A program made the position numbers and the translations under genes. Shown here in pieces: positions 32,006 to 40,871 of a stretch of 53,107 nucleotides of DNA. Each line of letters starts with the position of its first letter. Position 1 is the stretch's first letter. This stretch comes from Gaiellaceae bacterium. Its GTDB lineage: Bacteria; Actinomycetota; Thermoleophilia; Gaiellales; Gaiellaceae. Location: contig DATKRX010000144.1 in the NCBI GenBank assembly GCA_035531915.1, forward strand, positions 1 through 53,107, written 5' to 3'. The notes under the pieces are model-generated. The model worked only from the letters and a program-made list of their open reading frames with translations, was not told where the DNA came from and ran no database searches.

Positions 32006-32348
32006 GGGTCGCCCGGACCGCGTCGCGCGCCTCGGCCTCGTAAGGGTTTTGCGCGTAGCCCGTGCGCAGGTAGGAGAGCGGCATCGCGAGCGGCCGGTGC
32101 TGCATCTGCCAGACGTGGCAAAGCTCGTGGCAGAGGAGATCGCCGTGCTGGAGCAGCGCGCGCTCGCGGAGCAGGATCGTCGCCCACGCCGCGTAGCCGT
32201 CGAAGCGGCGAAACCAGGGGAGCCGAAAAAGGAGCGGTGTGACGATCACGCGCACCCGCTCGATCCGTACGGGGCGCGGGTAGAGGGAGAGCCGGTCGAG
32301 CCGCTCCTTGGCGCGTTCGAGGGGCTCCCGGTGTGCTCTTACGGCCAC
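31998..32348 (-). CDS. Small HExxH protein (DUF4157-like putative zinc metallopeptidase domain, 116 aa)
   Basis: GTG 32348 overlaps the cupin stop by 10 nt. LLCHELCHVWQMQH matches the HEL.HV.Q pattern I associate with DUF4157. High GC3. Confidence 0.55.
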   Translation of the reverse strand: MAVRAHREPLERAKERLDRLSLYPRPVRIERVRVIVTPLLFRLPWFRRFDGYAAWATILLRERALLQHGDLLCHELCHVWQMQHRPLAMPLSYLRTGYAQNPYEAEARDAVRATRG

Positions 32349-32704
32349 CGGCCGGAGCCGGGCTCTTGCCTCTCGATTGCGCTCCAGTCGTGCCGCGGCG
32401 GTGAGAAGACCTCGGCGAGCACCGCGCCGTCGGGGCCGGCGGTGACCGAATGCGGGACGTTCGCGAGGATGCACCAGGTGCCGCCGGGAGTGACCTCTCC
32501 CCTCTCCTCGCCGATCCGAAAGGCGAGCGCTCCCTGGATCAGGATCCCGAGCTGCTCGTTGGCGTGGCTGTGCTCGGGCACCGCGGTACCCGGTTCGAGC
32601 TCGATCAGGCTCAGCGTCACGTTCTCGCCGTGTACCGCACGGCTCGTGACGCCCTCCCAGATCAGCTGCGGGGGGATCGTACGAGCGTGATCGAAAGCGC
32701 CCAA
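32339..32704 (-). CDS. Cupin domain protein
   Basis: Cupin motifs GTAVPEHSHANEQLGILIQG and GTWCILANVPHSV. Start assigned to TTG 32704, 11 nt after the upstream stop. Start is uncertain. Confidence 0.7.
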   Translation of the reverse strand: MGAFDHARTIPPQLIWEGVTSRAVHGENVTLSLIELEPGTAVPEHSHANEQLGILIQGALAFRIGEERGEVTPGGTWCILANVPHSVTAGPDGAVLAEVFSPPRHDWSAIERQEPGSGRWP

Positions 32705-32715
32705 CCGGGCGAAGC

Positions 32716-33105
32716 CTAGCCGGTGGTGATCCCGCAGGACTCGCCTGACGTTCCGCCCTTCTGGCGGACAGTCATGACGTACTTCGCGACGTCGTAGACC
32801 TGGTTGAAAGTGATGAAGCGGAGGATGTACTCGGCCTGGATGCCGCCGACTCCCTGTTCGACCGCGCTCACGACGCAGTTGAAGTTGATCTTGTCGTTGT
32901 CGAGGTTGGGGCCGAGCGTTCCCTTCGAGCCGGCCGCGAGCAGCGTATGGCACTTGCCGCAGAACGCGACGTAGAGCGGCTTGCCCGCTGTGGCGTCGCC
33001 GGGGGTCGAGCTCCTACCGGACGATCCCAGCGCAACCGGAACCGCAACGACGAGCGCCGCGACGGCCAGGCATGAAACGAGCCACCAAGTCACCCGCCTT
33101 CTCAT
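32716..33105 (-). CDS. Secreted/anchored class I c-type cytochrome (129 aa)
   Basis: ATG 33105 gives MRRRVTWWLVSCLAVAALVVAVPVALG, a signal or anchor. Heme motif CGKCH. The track ORF upstream is an artefact. Confidence 0.75.
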   Translation of the reverse strand: MRRRVTWWLVSCLAVAALVVAVPVALGSSGRSSTPGDATAGKPLYVAFCGKCHTLLAAGSKGTLGPNLDNDKINFNCVVSAVEQGVGGIQAEYILRFITFNQVYDVAKYVMTVRQKGGTSGESCGITTG

Positions 33106-33191
33106 CAGTCCCGCCAACTCTAGTGTCTTTCGCGCAGTTCGTCCAGCGGGCCCCGGAGTCCAGCGCGCAGCTCGGGAAGAGTCGGGGCGGC

Positions 33192-34682
33192 TCAGAGCGC
33201 GAAGCGCTCGACGTTCAAGCGGCGGCGCGAGACGCCGGCCCGCCGGATGTTCGAGAGCATCCAGGCCACCATGCCGGGCGGCCCGCAGAGGTAGACGTCC
33301 CGCTCGGCGATGTCGGGGACGAGCTCGCGGAGGTGCTCGGTCGAGAGCAGGTGGCGGCTCTCCTCGTCCCGGTGGTCGCCGACGATGTAGTGGACGACGA
33401 GGCGGCGGCGGGCTGCGAGCTGCTCGAGCTCCTCCCGGAAGACGACGTCCGAGTCTCTCAGCACGCGGTGGATGACGACCAGGTCGCCGTCCATCGTCTC
33501 GGCGAGCGCGCGGATGGGCGTGATCCCGATCCCGCCCGCGACGAGCAGGACCTTCGCGCGCTGCCGGGCGCTCTCGGTGAAGCCGCCGAACGGCCCTTCC
33601 GCGACGACGCGCGTCCCGACCGGGATCGATCCCATTCGCGCCGTGTGGTCGCCCGCTGCCTTGACGCTGATCCGGAGTGAGCGGCCGTCGGGCGCGGCCG
33701 ACAGCGAGAACGGGTGCGCGGTCCACCAGTAGCCGCGCGTGACGAAGCGCCAGAGGAAGAACTGGCCCGGGCGGGCGCCGAGCCGGTCGAGCCGGCGGCC
33801 GGTGATCCGGATCGAGGTCACCGTGGGTCCCTCCGCGATCACCTCCTCGACACGCAGACGGAAGCGGAGCACGTTCACGAGCGGGCTGAGCACGCGGAAG
33901 GCGAGCAGCGCGAGCGTGCCGAAGAAGAGGATCCGCCAGTAGGTCGTGACGCCCGGGTGGAAGGCCGGGTTGATGTCGCCGCCGGTCGGGATCTCGTGGA
34001 ACCAGGCGAGCGCGATCGCCGCGTAGGCGGTGATGTGCACCCCGTACCAGAGCTCGTACGAAAGCTTGCGGCGCGCGATCGTCACCGACGACACCGAGAC
34101 GATCACAAAGAGAGCGAGCCCGACCGTGGCGGTGACCATCCCGACCTGGGTGTTGTCGGCAAGCAGCGCCCAGAACTCCCGGAGAAACGAGACGTGATCG
34201 TCGAGCGCGCGGCCGAGGACCGCAAGGACGGTGTGCGCGAGCACGAGGAGCAAGCAGGCGTACCCGTTCCAGCGGTGCCAGACGGTCAGGCGGTCGAACC
34301 CGACCAGCCGTCCGAGAAACGGCAGCCGCGCCAGCAGCAGCACCTGAACGAGCGCGAGGTAGGCGCCGAGCAGGCCCGTGAGGCCTCCGAGGCGACTCAC
34401 GAGGGCCGCGGTGAAGTTGGGCGCGAAGGAGAAGTCGAGGTTGAAGGCGAGCCAGATCCAGACGATCGCGCCGATGTTCCCGAGGAAGAGCCCCCAGGCG
34501 AGCAGCCCGACGGTGCGGCGGACATGACGGGCACGGGCAAGGGCGGGCGAGACGAGCGTCGGGCCGGTCACCCGAGGAGTATCGCGGCCCGCGTCGGCCG
34601 CCGACGATTCGCGGAGTTCGTCAAGGGGGCGCCGGCGTCGGCTCAGTCGGCTGTGCCGAGAGTCGCGGCGGCCCCCACACAA
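33192..34682 (-). CDS. Ferric-reductase-like transmembrane flavocytochrome (bacterial NOX/FRE homologue: 6-TM heme domain + FAD + NAD(P)H domains)
   Basis: TM His pairs WHRWNGYACLLLVLAHTVL and YGVHITAYAAIALAWFHE. FAD motif AHPFSLS. NAD(P)H motifs LLVAGGIGITP and YLCGPPGM. The true start may be internal. Confidence 0.85.
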   Translation of the reverse strand: MCGGRRDSRHSRLSRRRRPLDELRESSAADAGRDTPRVTGPTLVSPALARARHVRRTVGLLAWGLFLGNIGAIVWIWLAFNLDFSFAPNFTAALVSRLGGLTGLLGAYLALVQVLLLARLPFLGRLVGFDRLTVWHRWNGYACLLLVLAHTVLAVLGRALDDHVSFLREFWALLADNTQVGMVTATVGLALFVIVSVSSVTIARRKLSYELWYGVHITAYAAIALAWFHEIPTGGDINPAFHPGVTTYWRILFFGTLALLAFRVLSPLVNVLRFRLRVEEVIAEGPTVTSIRITGRRLDRLGARPGQFFLWRFVTRGYWWTAHPFSLSAAPDGRSLRISVKAAGDHTARMGSIPVGTRVVAEGPFGGFTESARQRAKVLLVAGGIGITPIRALAETMDGDLVVIHRVLRDSDVVFREELEQLAARRRLVVHYIVGDHRDEESRHLLSTEHLRELVPDIAERDVYLCGPPGMVAWMLSNIRRAGVSRRRLNVERFAL

Positions 34683-34756
34683 GCCGGCGCGACGACTGCC
34701 GAGCGCCGCTCAGCGGCGGAAAGACCGGGCGCGGCGGGGAGACCGCCTGCCCGGCG

Positions 34757-35251
34757 CTAGCACTGCCAGCAGGTCAGGTTGGTCGCGATCTTGACGGTCG
34801 TGATCATCGACTGGGGTATCTGCTTGAGCATCTGGGTGGTCGTTCGATAGGTGCCGGTCCTGATCAGCTGCACGCCCTTGTAGCCGACGGTTTTTACGAT
34901 CTTCCACGTGCCTGCGCCTCCGCCGATTGCGCTGTGCTTGCCGATCAACTGGAAGCTGAGGGTCCCCGTCGGCCCGGTGAGCGTGAGGGTGCCGCGCTCT
35001 TTCCCGGGGGCGCCGGTTCCCGGTTCGATCGCCGTGACGGCATAGGCGAGCCCGGTACTTCCTGCGCAGGCGCATTTACCCGATCCGGTGCAGACGATCG
35101 AGGCCGACTTGAGCGCGCCGTTCTGGTCGAGCGTGTCGGTCTCGACGCACCTTCCGCTCAACGTCGCTTGCACGGTCTTCTTCCCGGCTGTGGCGCCGGC
35201 GGCCAGGACGAACGTCGCGACGAGCACCCCGATCACAAGCGCGCATCTCAC
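34757..35251 (-). CDS. Secreted Cys-rich hypothetical protein (164 aa)
   Basis: GTG 35251 gives VRCALVIGVLVATFVLAAGATAG. Contains SIVCTGSGKCACAGS and ends NLTCWQC. High GC3. Confidence 0.6.
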   Translation of the reverse strand: MRCALVIGVLVATFVLAAGATAGKKTVQATLSGRCVETDTLDQNGALKSASIVCTGSGKCACAGSTGLAYAVTAIEPGTGAPGKERGTLTLTGPTGTLSFQLIGKHSAIGGGAGTWKIVKTVGYKGVQLIRTGTYRTTTQMLKQIPQSMITTVKIATNLTCWQC

Positions 35252-35348
35252 GCCGGGAAGGGTACAACGAGCGACAGCGCCTCGCCTCGTGATCCCGCGT
35301 GGTTGATCGAGCCGGCTCTCGAATCGAAGGGAACGGTTCGGATCGCGG

Positions 35349-36413
35349 CTAGGGCGCCGGCAGGGTGAACGAGACGCGGGCCCCGCCCTCGGAGCGGTTC
35401 TCGGCCCAGATCCGACCGCCGTGTGCCTCGACGAGGCCGCGCGCGATCGCCAGCCCGAGGCCCATCCCGGCGCTCGAGCGAGCACGGTCGGCCCGCCAGA
35501 AGCGTTCGAACATGCGGCCGAGCGCCTCCGGCTCGAGGCCGCTTCCGGTGTCCTCGACCGAGACGAGCACGTCGCCGTCGCGTCGGGCGACGTTGACTGC
35601 GACCGAGCCGTCCGAGGGGGTGTGGCGGAGCGCGTTTGTGAGCAGGTTGTAGAGCACGCGCTCGATCTTCTCGGGTGCGACCGCGGCGGTCGTCTCGCCG
35701 TCGGAGTGGGCGACGAGGTCGACGTTGCGGGCGGCTGCCTCGGGGCGGAGCTGGCGGAGCGCGGAGTCGACGAGCCCCGAGACCGGCGTCTGCCGCAGCT
35801 CGAGCGTGAGCGCCCCGGCGTCGATCCGGGCGAGCTCGAACAGGTCGTCGACCAGGGTGGTGAGGGTTCTCACCTGATCGCGGAGGGTCGGCAGGTACTC
35901 CTCGGCCGGCACGAGCCCGTCCTCGCCCGCCTCGATCATCGCCTGCATCGCGGCGAGCGGGGCGCGCAGGTCGTGGCTCGCCCAGGCGACGAGCTCGCGC
36001 CGCGCGTCGAACAGCTGCTCGACGCTCGCGGCCATCGTGTTGAAGGCATGCGCCAGCGCGGCGATCTCGGTCGCGCCTCCCTCCGGCGCGCGTGCGGCCA
36101 GGTCGCCGGCCGCGAGCCGGGCCGACGCGTCGCTGAGCCCGCGCAGCGAGCCCGAGATCCAGCGCGCGAGCAAGAGGCCGGCGCCGACGGCCGCCGTCGC
36201 CGAGCCGGCAGCGACCGCGAGGATCTTCAGGTCGGTGCCCATGTGGAACATCACCCAGCCGGTCGCGAACACGGCGCCGAGCGGCACGCAGACCGAGACG
36301 AGCGCGAGCCCGGCGAGCTGGAGCCAGACGCTCGGCGCTGCGCGCAGGGCGTAGGCGACCGCGAGGCCGACCGCGAGGCTTGCCCCGGCGACCGCGAGCG
36401 CGAGGAGGGTCAC
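35349..36413 (-). CDS. Sensor histidine kinase (2 TM, HAMP, HisKA, HATPase_c)
   Basis: H-box ELVAWASHDLRAPLAAM. N-box LLTNALRHTP. G-boxes VEDTGSGL and GMGLGLAIARG. GTG 36413 overlaps the regulator stop (GTGA). The track start is 36440. Confidence 0.9.
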   Translation of the reverse strand: MTLLALAVAGASLAVGLAVAYALRAAPSVWLQLAGLALVSVCVPLGAVFATGWVMFHMGTDLKILAVAAGSATAAVGAGLLLARWISGSLRGLSDASARLAAGDLAARAPEGGATEIAALAHAFNTMAASVEQLFDARRELVAWASHDLRAPLAAMQAMIEAGEDGLVPAEEYLPTLRDQVRTLTTLVDDLFELARIDAGALTLELRQTPVSGLVDSALRQLRPEAAARNVDLVAHSDGETTAAVAPEKIERVLYNLLTNALRHTPSDGSVAVNVARRDGDVLVSVEDTGSGLEPEALGRMFERFWRADRARSSAGMGLGLAIARGLVEAHGGRIWAENRSEGGARVSFTLPAP

Positions 36414-37087
36414 GGGTCGAGCCTGTAGCCGACCCCCCACACCGTCTGGAGGTGCGCGGGGAGGGCCGGGTCGGTCTCGAGCTTCTCGCGGAGGCGGCGG
36501 ATGTGCACCGTCACCGTCCCGGTGTCGAGCGCGGGGGAGTGGCCCCAGACGCGGTCCATGATGTGGCTGCGGGAGAAGACGCGGCGCGGGTTCGAGGCGA
36601 GGAACCAGAGGAGATCGAACTCGCGTGCGGTCAGGGTCACCGGCCGGCCGGCCTTCGTGACCTCGCGGCTCGCGCCGTCGATCACGACGTCGTCGAACTC
36701 GAGCCGCTCGGCGCGTTCCTTGGCCGCCCCTGAGCGGCGAAGGACGGTCCGCACGCGGGCTGCGAGCTCGCGCGGCGAGAAGGGCTTCGTGATGTAGTCG
36801 TCGGCGCCGAGCTCGAGCCCGACGATCCGGTCGGACTCCTCGCCGCGAGCGGTGAGCATGATCACCGGTAGGTCGGAGCGGCTGCGGATCCAGCGGCAGA
36901 GCTCGAGCCCGTCCGTCCCCGGGAGCATCACGTCGAGGACGACGAGCGCCGGGTCGGCAGTCTCGATCAGCTCGCGCGCCCGGTCGCCGTCGCCGGCTTC
37001 GAGCGTCGTGAAGCCGTCCCGCTGCAGGTAGCGGACGATCACGTCGCGGACGATCGGCTCGTCGTCCACGACGAGGACGGTGTTCAT
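36410..37087 (-). CDS. OmpR/PhoB-family response regulator
   Basis: Receiver VLVVDDEP...[14 protein letters not shown]...MLTARG. Winged-helix region [12 protein letters not shown]...[11 protein letters not shown]...TVWGVGYRL. Confidence 0.93.
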   Translation of the reverse strand: MNTVLVVDDEPIVRDVIVRYLQRDGFTTLEAGDGDRARELIETADPALVVLDVMLPGTDGLELCRWIRSRSDLPVIMLTARGEESDRIVGLELGADDYITKPFSPRELAARVRTVLRRSGAAKERAERLEFDDVVIDGASREVTKAGRPVTLTAREFDLLWFLASNPRRVFSRSHIMDRVWGHSPALDTGTVTVHIRRLREKLETDPALPAHLQTVWGVGYRLDP

Positions 37088-37091
37088 CGCC

Positions 37092-37691
37092 CTATTCGGA
37101 CTTCCACTTGGCGTGGTGGCGCGCGGCCCACTCCTCGCTGACCGTGCCCGTGGTGATGCCGCGAAGCGAGTGCCGCGTCGCCGGGTGGATCACCGCCAGG
37201 TAGAGGTGGCCGACAAGCAGCGCGAGTGAGACGTACATCAGCCCGTCGTGGAGCACGACCGTGCTCGCGAAGCGGAGGTTCGTGTCGCGCTCGCCGAACC
37301 AGAGCAGGAGCCCCGAGACGAGGAAGAGGACCATGAAGGCGGCGGTCAGGGCGGTGTTGATCTTCTGGCCGGCGTTGAAGCGGCCCTGCGGCGCCGGCTT
37401 GCGCCCGGTCAGCCAGCGCAGGTCGTCGCGGTCGAAGCCGTCCAGCTCGCGCGCCGTTCGGACGACTCCCCGCCGGTCGCCGCCGAGGACGATCACGGCG
37501 AGCACGCCGATCCAGGCGACCCCGGACCAGAAGTGGACGCTCTGGACGAGCGGCCGGCGCCCGACCGCGATCGAGAGGCTCGGCAGATAGAGAACGAGGC
37601 CGGTCGCGAGCAGGAAGAAGAAGAAGACGGCGTTCGCCCAGTGGAGCGTCCGCTCGGTGCGCGAGAACCGCCGCCGGTAGCCGCTCCTCAC
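37092..37691 (-). CDS. Cytochrome b (Ni/Fe-hydrogenase/FdnI-type b-cytochrome family) membrane subunit
   Basis: GTG 37691 overlaps the Mo-enzyme stop (GTGA). RFSRTERTLHWANAVFFFFLLATG, four TMs with conserved His (HFWSG, VLHDG, VGHLYLAVIH). Confidence 0.8.
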   Translation of the reverse strand: MRSGYRRRFSRTERTLHWANAVFFFFLLATGLVLYLPSLSIAVGRRPLVQSVHFWSGVAWIGVLAVIVLGGDRRGVVRTARELDGFDRDDLRWLTGRKPAPQGRFNAGQKINTALTAAFMVLFLVSGLLLWFGERDTNLRFASTVVLHDGLMYVSLALLVGHLYLAVIHPATRHSLRGITTGTVSEEWAARHHAKWKSE

Positions 37692-38383
37692 GCGCCGTAT
37701 CCGTTCGAGCGGCCGACCCACGCGTCGCGGTCGTAGCCGAGCTGCTCCCAGTAGCCGTCCGAGGGAGCGGGCACCAGGTTGATGCCTTTCAGCCACTTGA
37801 CGTTCTTGTAGCCGTACATCTCCGGGATCACGAGCCGGACCGGCGCGCCGTGGGCGCGCGAGAGCGGCTTCCCGTCCTGCTCGTAGGCGAGCATCACGTC
37901 GTGGAGGCCCGCCTGCACGGTCGTGAGCGAGTCGATGTAGGGGATCTCGGCCGAGACGAACTCGAGCGCGTGCACGCCTGGCTTGGCCTTGACGTGCGAG
38001 AGCACATCGGCAAGGCGCACGCCGCCCCAGCGGACGTTGTTCACGGTCCAGCCGGTGACGCAGTGGAAGGTCGAGACCTGCTCGACCTTGGGGAGCGCGA
38101 GCAGCGCGTGGTAGTCGATCGAGCTGCCGCTCTCCACGTGCCCGCCGAGCTCGAGCTTCCAGCTCTTCGGGTCGAAGCCCGGGAGCGAGCCGGAGATGGT
38201 GTAGATCCGCCAGCCCCCGGAGGGGATGAGCGGGATGCTCGCCTCGAGCGGGGAGATCACCGAGGAGACCCGGCTCCAGACGGCCTGGCCCCAGTAGAGG
38301 GACGAGGCGCCGCCGAGTACCGTGCCGAGGAAGACGGAGCGGCCGATTTTCCGGGATCCGCGCTCGGGATGCGTCTCGTCCAT
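37688..38383 (-). CDS. Molybdopterin-dependent oxidoreductase (sulfite oxidase/YedY-MsrP-fold catalytic subunit)
   Basis: FHCVTGWTVNNVRWGGVRLADVL, MLAYEQDGKPLSRAHGAPVRLVIPEMYGYKNVKWL. N-terminal hydrophobic anchor/signal. Confidence 0.85.
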   Translation of the reverse strand: MDETHPERGSRKIGRSVFLGTVLGGASSLYWGQAVWSRVSSVISPLEASIPLIPSGGWRIYTISGSLPGFDPKSWKLELGGHVESGSSIDYHALLALPKVEQVSTFHCVTGWTVNNVRWGGVRLADVLSHVKAKPGVHALEFVSAEIPYIDSLTTVQAGLHDVMLAYEQDGKPLSRAHGAPVRLVIPEMYGYKNVKWLKGINLVPAPSDGYWEQLGYDRDAWVGRSNGYGA

Positions 38384-38407
38384 GGTTTTCCTGATCCTTT
38401 CTTTTCC

Positions 38408-38824
38408 CTACATCGTCGACATGTGCGCCATGCCCGCGAAAAGCTTGCCGCGCAACTCGCCCATGTGCGCCTTGGTGTCCACCCAGACCATGTAGGAGCC
38501 GGGCTTCGACTCGATCAGGTCGAGGGCCTTCATGGAGATCGTTGCACAGCTCTTGGTCTTGTAGCCAGTACCGAGCTTCGCGACGAGCATGCCGGCGTTG
38601 TCGTGGATCGACGCACCGGTCACGCCGCTCGTCATCACGTCGAAGGTCCAGCAGAGCTGGCTGGTCTTCGCATCCTGGTGCAGGTTGACGATCCCGTGCT
38701 CTCCCATCCCCGTGAGTTTGGCGCCGAGAACCGGGTGCATCGGCATGGGGCCCGCGAACCCGCTGAGCGCGCCGAGCCCGCCGAGCGCAACCAGCATGAC
38801 CGCGAAAAGCTTGATCCGGTGCAT
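38408..38824 (-). CDS. Secreted CHRD domain protein
   Basis: SD GGAGG lies upstream. Signal MHRIKLFAVMLVALGGLGALSG. CHRD-like LCWTFDV...GASIHDNAG...ELRGKL. Confidence 0.7.
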   Translation of the reverse strand: MHRIKLFAVMLVALGGLGALSGFAGPMPMHPVLGAKLTGMGEHGIVNLHQDAKTSQLCWTFDVMTSGVTGASIHDNAGMLVAKLGTGYKTKSCATISMKALDLIESKPGSYMVWVDTKAHMGELRGKLFAGMAHMSTM

Positions 38825-38891
38825 CTCTCCTCCTTCGTCGTGAGTCGGGAAGAGGTTTGCGCTCCCTGCTTGCGCCGCGGTTTCGAACTTC

Positions 38892-40640
38892 TTACGAGAG
38901 GCTTAACTCCCCTCCCTCCGGGGATCTGCCGCCTCGAGCGGCGGCAGCGATGCGCGCGGCGCTCCTCGGAGGCGGGCCGCTCCGAGGCCGCGAGAGAGCG
39001 ATGCGCCGGCCGCCGTTCACCCCGAGCGGGAACAGGAGTGGGCCGCGGGCGCCGGGGCTCCACGAGCCCTGCTGGAGCTTCGTGCTCTGCTTGACGGACT
39101 TCGGGGGCTGTCCGAGGCTCGCGGTCGAGGCGGGCTGAGCGAGGGCGTCGCCGAGCGCGGCGGCGTAGCTTGCGGCGTAGAGCACCGCGACCGCGACGAG
39201 CAACGCGTTCACCCTCCTCCAGCGGCGGCGCACCTCCGTCCAGGCGGCAACCGAGAAGATCGCCCAGCAAGGGGCGGTGAACAGGAGGTAGCTCGACTTG
39301 ATCGGGTCGCCGCTCCGCTGCGGGAAGCGGATCACGGTGAAGACGAAGGCCACGAACGCGGCAAGCGCGACGAGCGCGAGCAGGCCGAGGCCGAGGTCGG
39401 TCGGCCCGCTCACCCCGGAGCGGGCGCGCCGGCGGGCGGCGCGTATTCCGGCCGGGACCGCGAGTGCGGCCAGCCCGGCAAGCGCGAGCGCATCGCCGAA
39501 CAAGCCGAGCACGCTCTGGGTCGAGGCGGTCACGCGCTCGACCCGGGTCGGGGCCCGCCATTGCTGCTCGAGCGCGCCGTACCAGTCGCTCCACAGATCG
39601 CTGTGCAGCTTCGGCAGGAGCTCGTTTGTGAAGTCGGGACGGTAGGGATGGACGACGAGCGATTCGAGCGGCGCGGAGAGGTAGAAGGACGCCGGCTCGC
39701 TCGGCAGCATCTTGGCCGGCGCCAGCGCGAGGTTCGACTGGAGCGGGTTGTGCCAGCGATAGGTCGCGTAGAGCCACCACGGCCCGGCGATCAGCGCGAT
39801 CGGGATCGCGGCGCGCAGCAGGAAGCTGTGCGCGGGCCGGCCGCCCGTCGCGAGCGCTGCGGCGCCGAGGCACGCGATCAACAGGACGGCCGGCTGGCGG
39901 GTGAGCGCCGCCGCCCCGCATGCGGCGCCGAGCAGCCAGCCGAGGCGGGTCGGCCAGCCGCGCCGCGCCGCGCGCAGGAAGAGCAGCATCGCGATCGCGC
40001 AGAGGAGCGCGAAGGGGACCTCGGGGTGGAAGAGGATGCTCATCCGGTAGACCACCGGGTAGGCGGCCACGAACCCGCCGGCGGCGAGCGCGCGGCGGGG
40101 GTGCGCGGGCCAGACCTCGCGGGCGATCAGCCCGCTGACGAAGACGAGCCCCATGCCGGAGGCGAGCGCGATCAGCTGGCCCGCGGTCCACTTTTCGCTC
40201 TTGCAGAGCATCAGCAGCTCGTCGAGGCCCCAGAGGAAGCCGAGCGCGAGCGCCACGAGGCCTGCCAGACGCGCCCGGCGGCGGGTGGCGGTCATGGCGG
40301 CGGCGCCGGCTGCGACGAGCGCCAGCCAGAGCCCTCTCGTCGCCGGGTTCCAGGGCAGCTCGGCCGCGATCGCCGGCAGCACGCGCACCAGTTCTTCGGC
40401 AGCGACCGCTGTCGCCTGGAAGAGCGGCGGCGAGCCGAACTCGTAGTTCTGTCGGCTGTTCGGCAGCCGGTGGTGGGATGCGAGGAACTGGGCGTACCTC
40501 AGATGCTCGGCCGCGTCGATCGGGCCCTGGTGGGCGACGGTCGAGACACCCTGCCAGCCGAGAACGGCGAAGCCGCAGAACGCGAGCAGCAGCACGGCGC
40601 GCTGCCGCGACCACCTGGACGTGAGCTCGACCCGGCGCAC
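38892..40640 (-). CDS. Polytopic membrane glycosyltransferase-like protein (GT-C fold, ArnT/PMT GT39-like)
   Basis: More than 10 TMs with high GC3. N-terminal loop NYEFGSPPLF and a long periplasmic loop. Family assigned from topology and weak motif only. The C-terminal tail is low-complexity. Confidence 0.6.
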   Translation of the reverse strand: MRRVELTSRWSRQRAVLLLAFCGFAVLGWQGVSTVAHQGPIDAAEHLRYAQFLASHHRLPNSRQNYEFGSPPLFQATAVAAEELVRVLPAIAAELPWNPATRGLWLALVAAGAAAMTATRRRARLAGLVALALGFLWGLDELLMLCKSEKWTAGQLIALASGMGLVFVSGLIAREVWPAHPRRALAAGGFVAAYPVVYRMSILFHPEVPFALLCAIAMLLFLRAARRGWPTRLGWLLGAACGAAALTRQPAVLLIACLGAAALATGGRPAHSFLLRAAIPIALIAGPWWLYATYRWHNPLQSNLALAPAKMLPSEPASFYLSAPLESLVVHPYRPDFTNELLPKLHSDLWSDWYGALEQQWRAPTRVERVTASTQSVLGLFGDALALAGLAALAVPAGIRAARRRARSGVSGPTDLGLGLLALVALAAFVAFVFTVIRFPQRSGDPIKSSYLLFTAPCWAIFSVAAWTEVRRRWRRVNALLVAVAVLYAASYAAALGDALAQPASTASLGQPPKSVKQSTKLQQGSWSPGARGPLLFPLGVNGGRRIALSRPRSGPPPRSAARIAAAARGGRSPEGGELSLS

Positions 40641-40871
40641 CGCTCGATTATGGAGTTAGCCGCCGCCAGAGCCGGGGCCGGGCGCTCGGACGGCCCCAAC
40701 CGACGGCGAGCGCGACGAGTGCGGCGGCCAACGTCAGGAGCGGCGCGCCCGTGACCGGCGCCTCCGGATTCGTGTGGGCGCCGGGGGCGCACCGGCCAGG
40801 TGGGAAACCGCGAGCAACGGTTTGGGCAGCCGCCGTTCGGGGACAATCAGGAGATCGGCCGCGGGCGAGCG

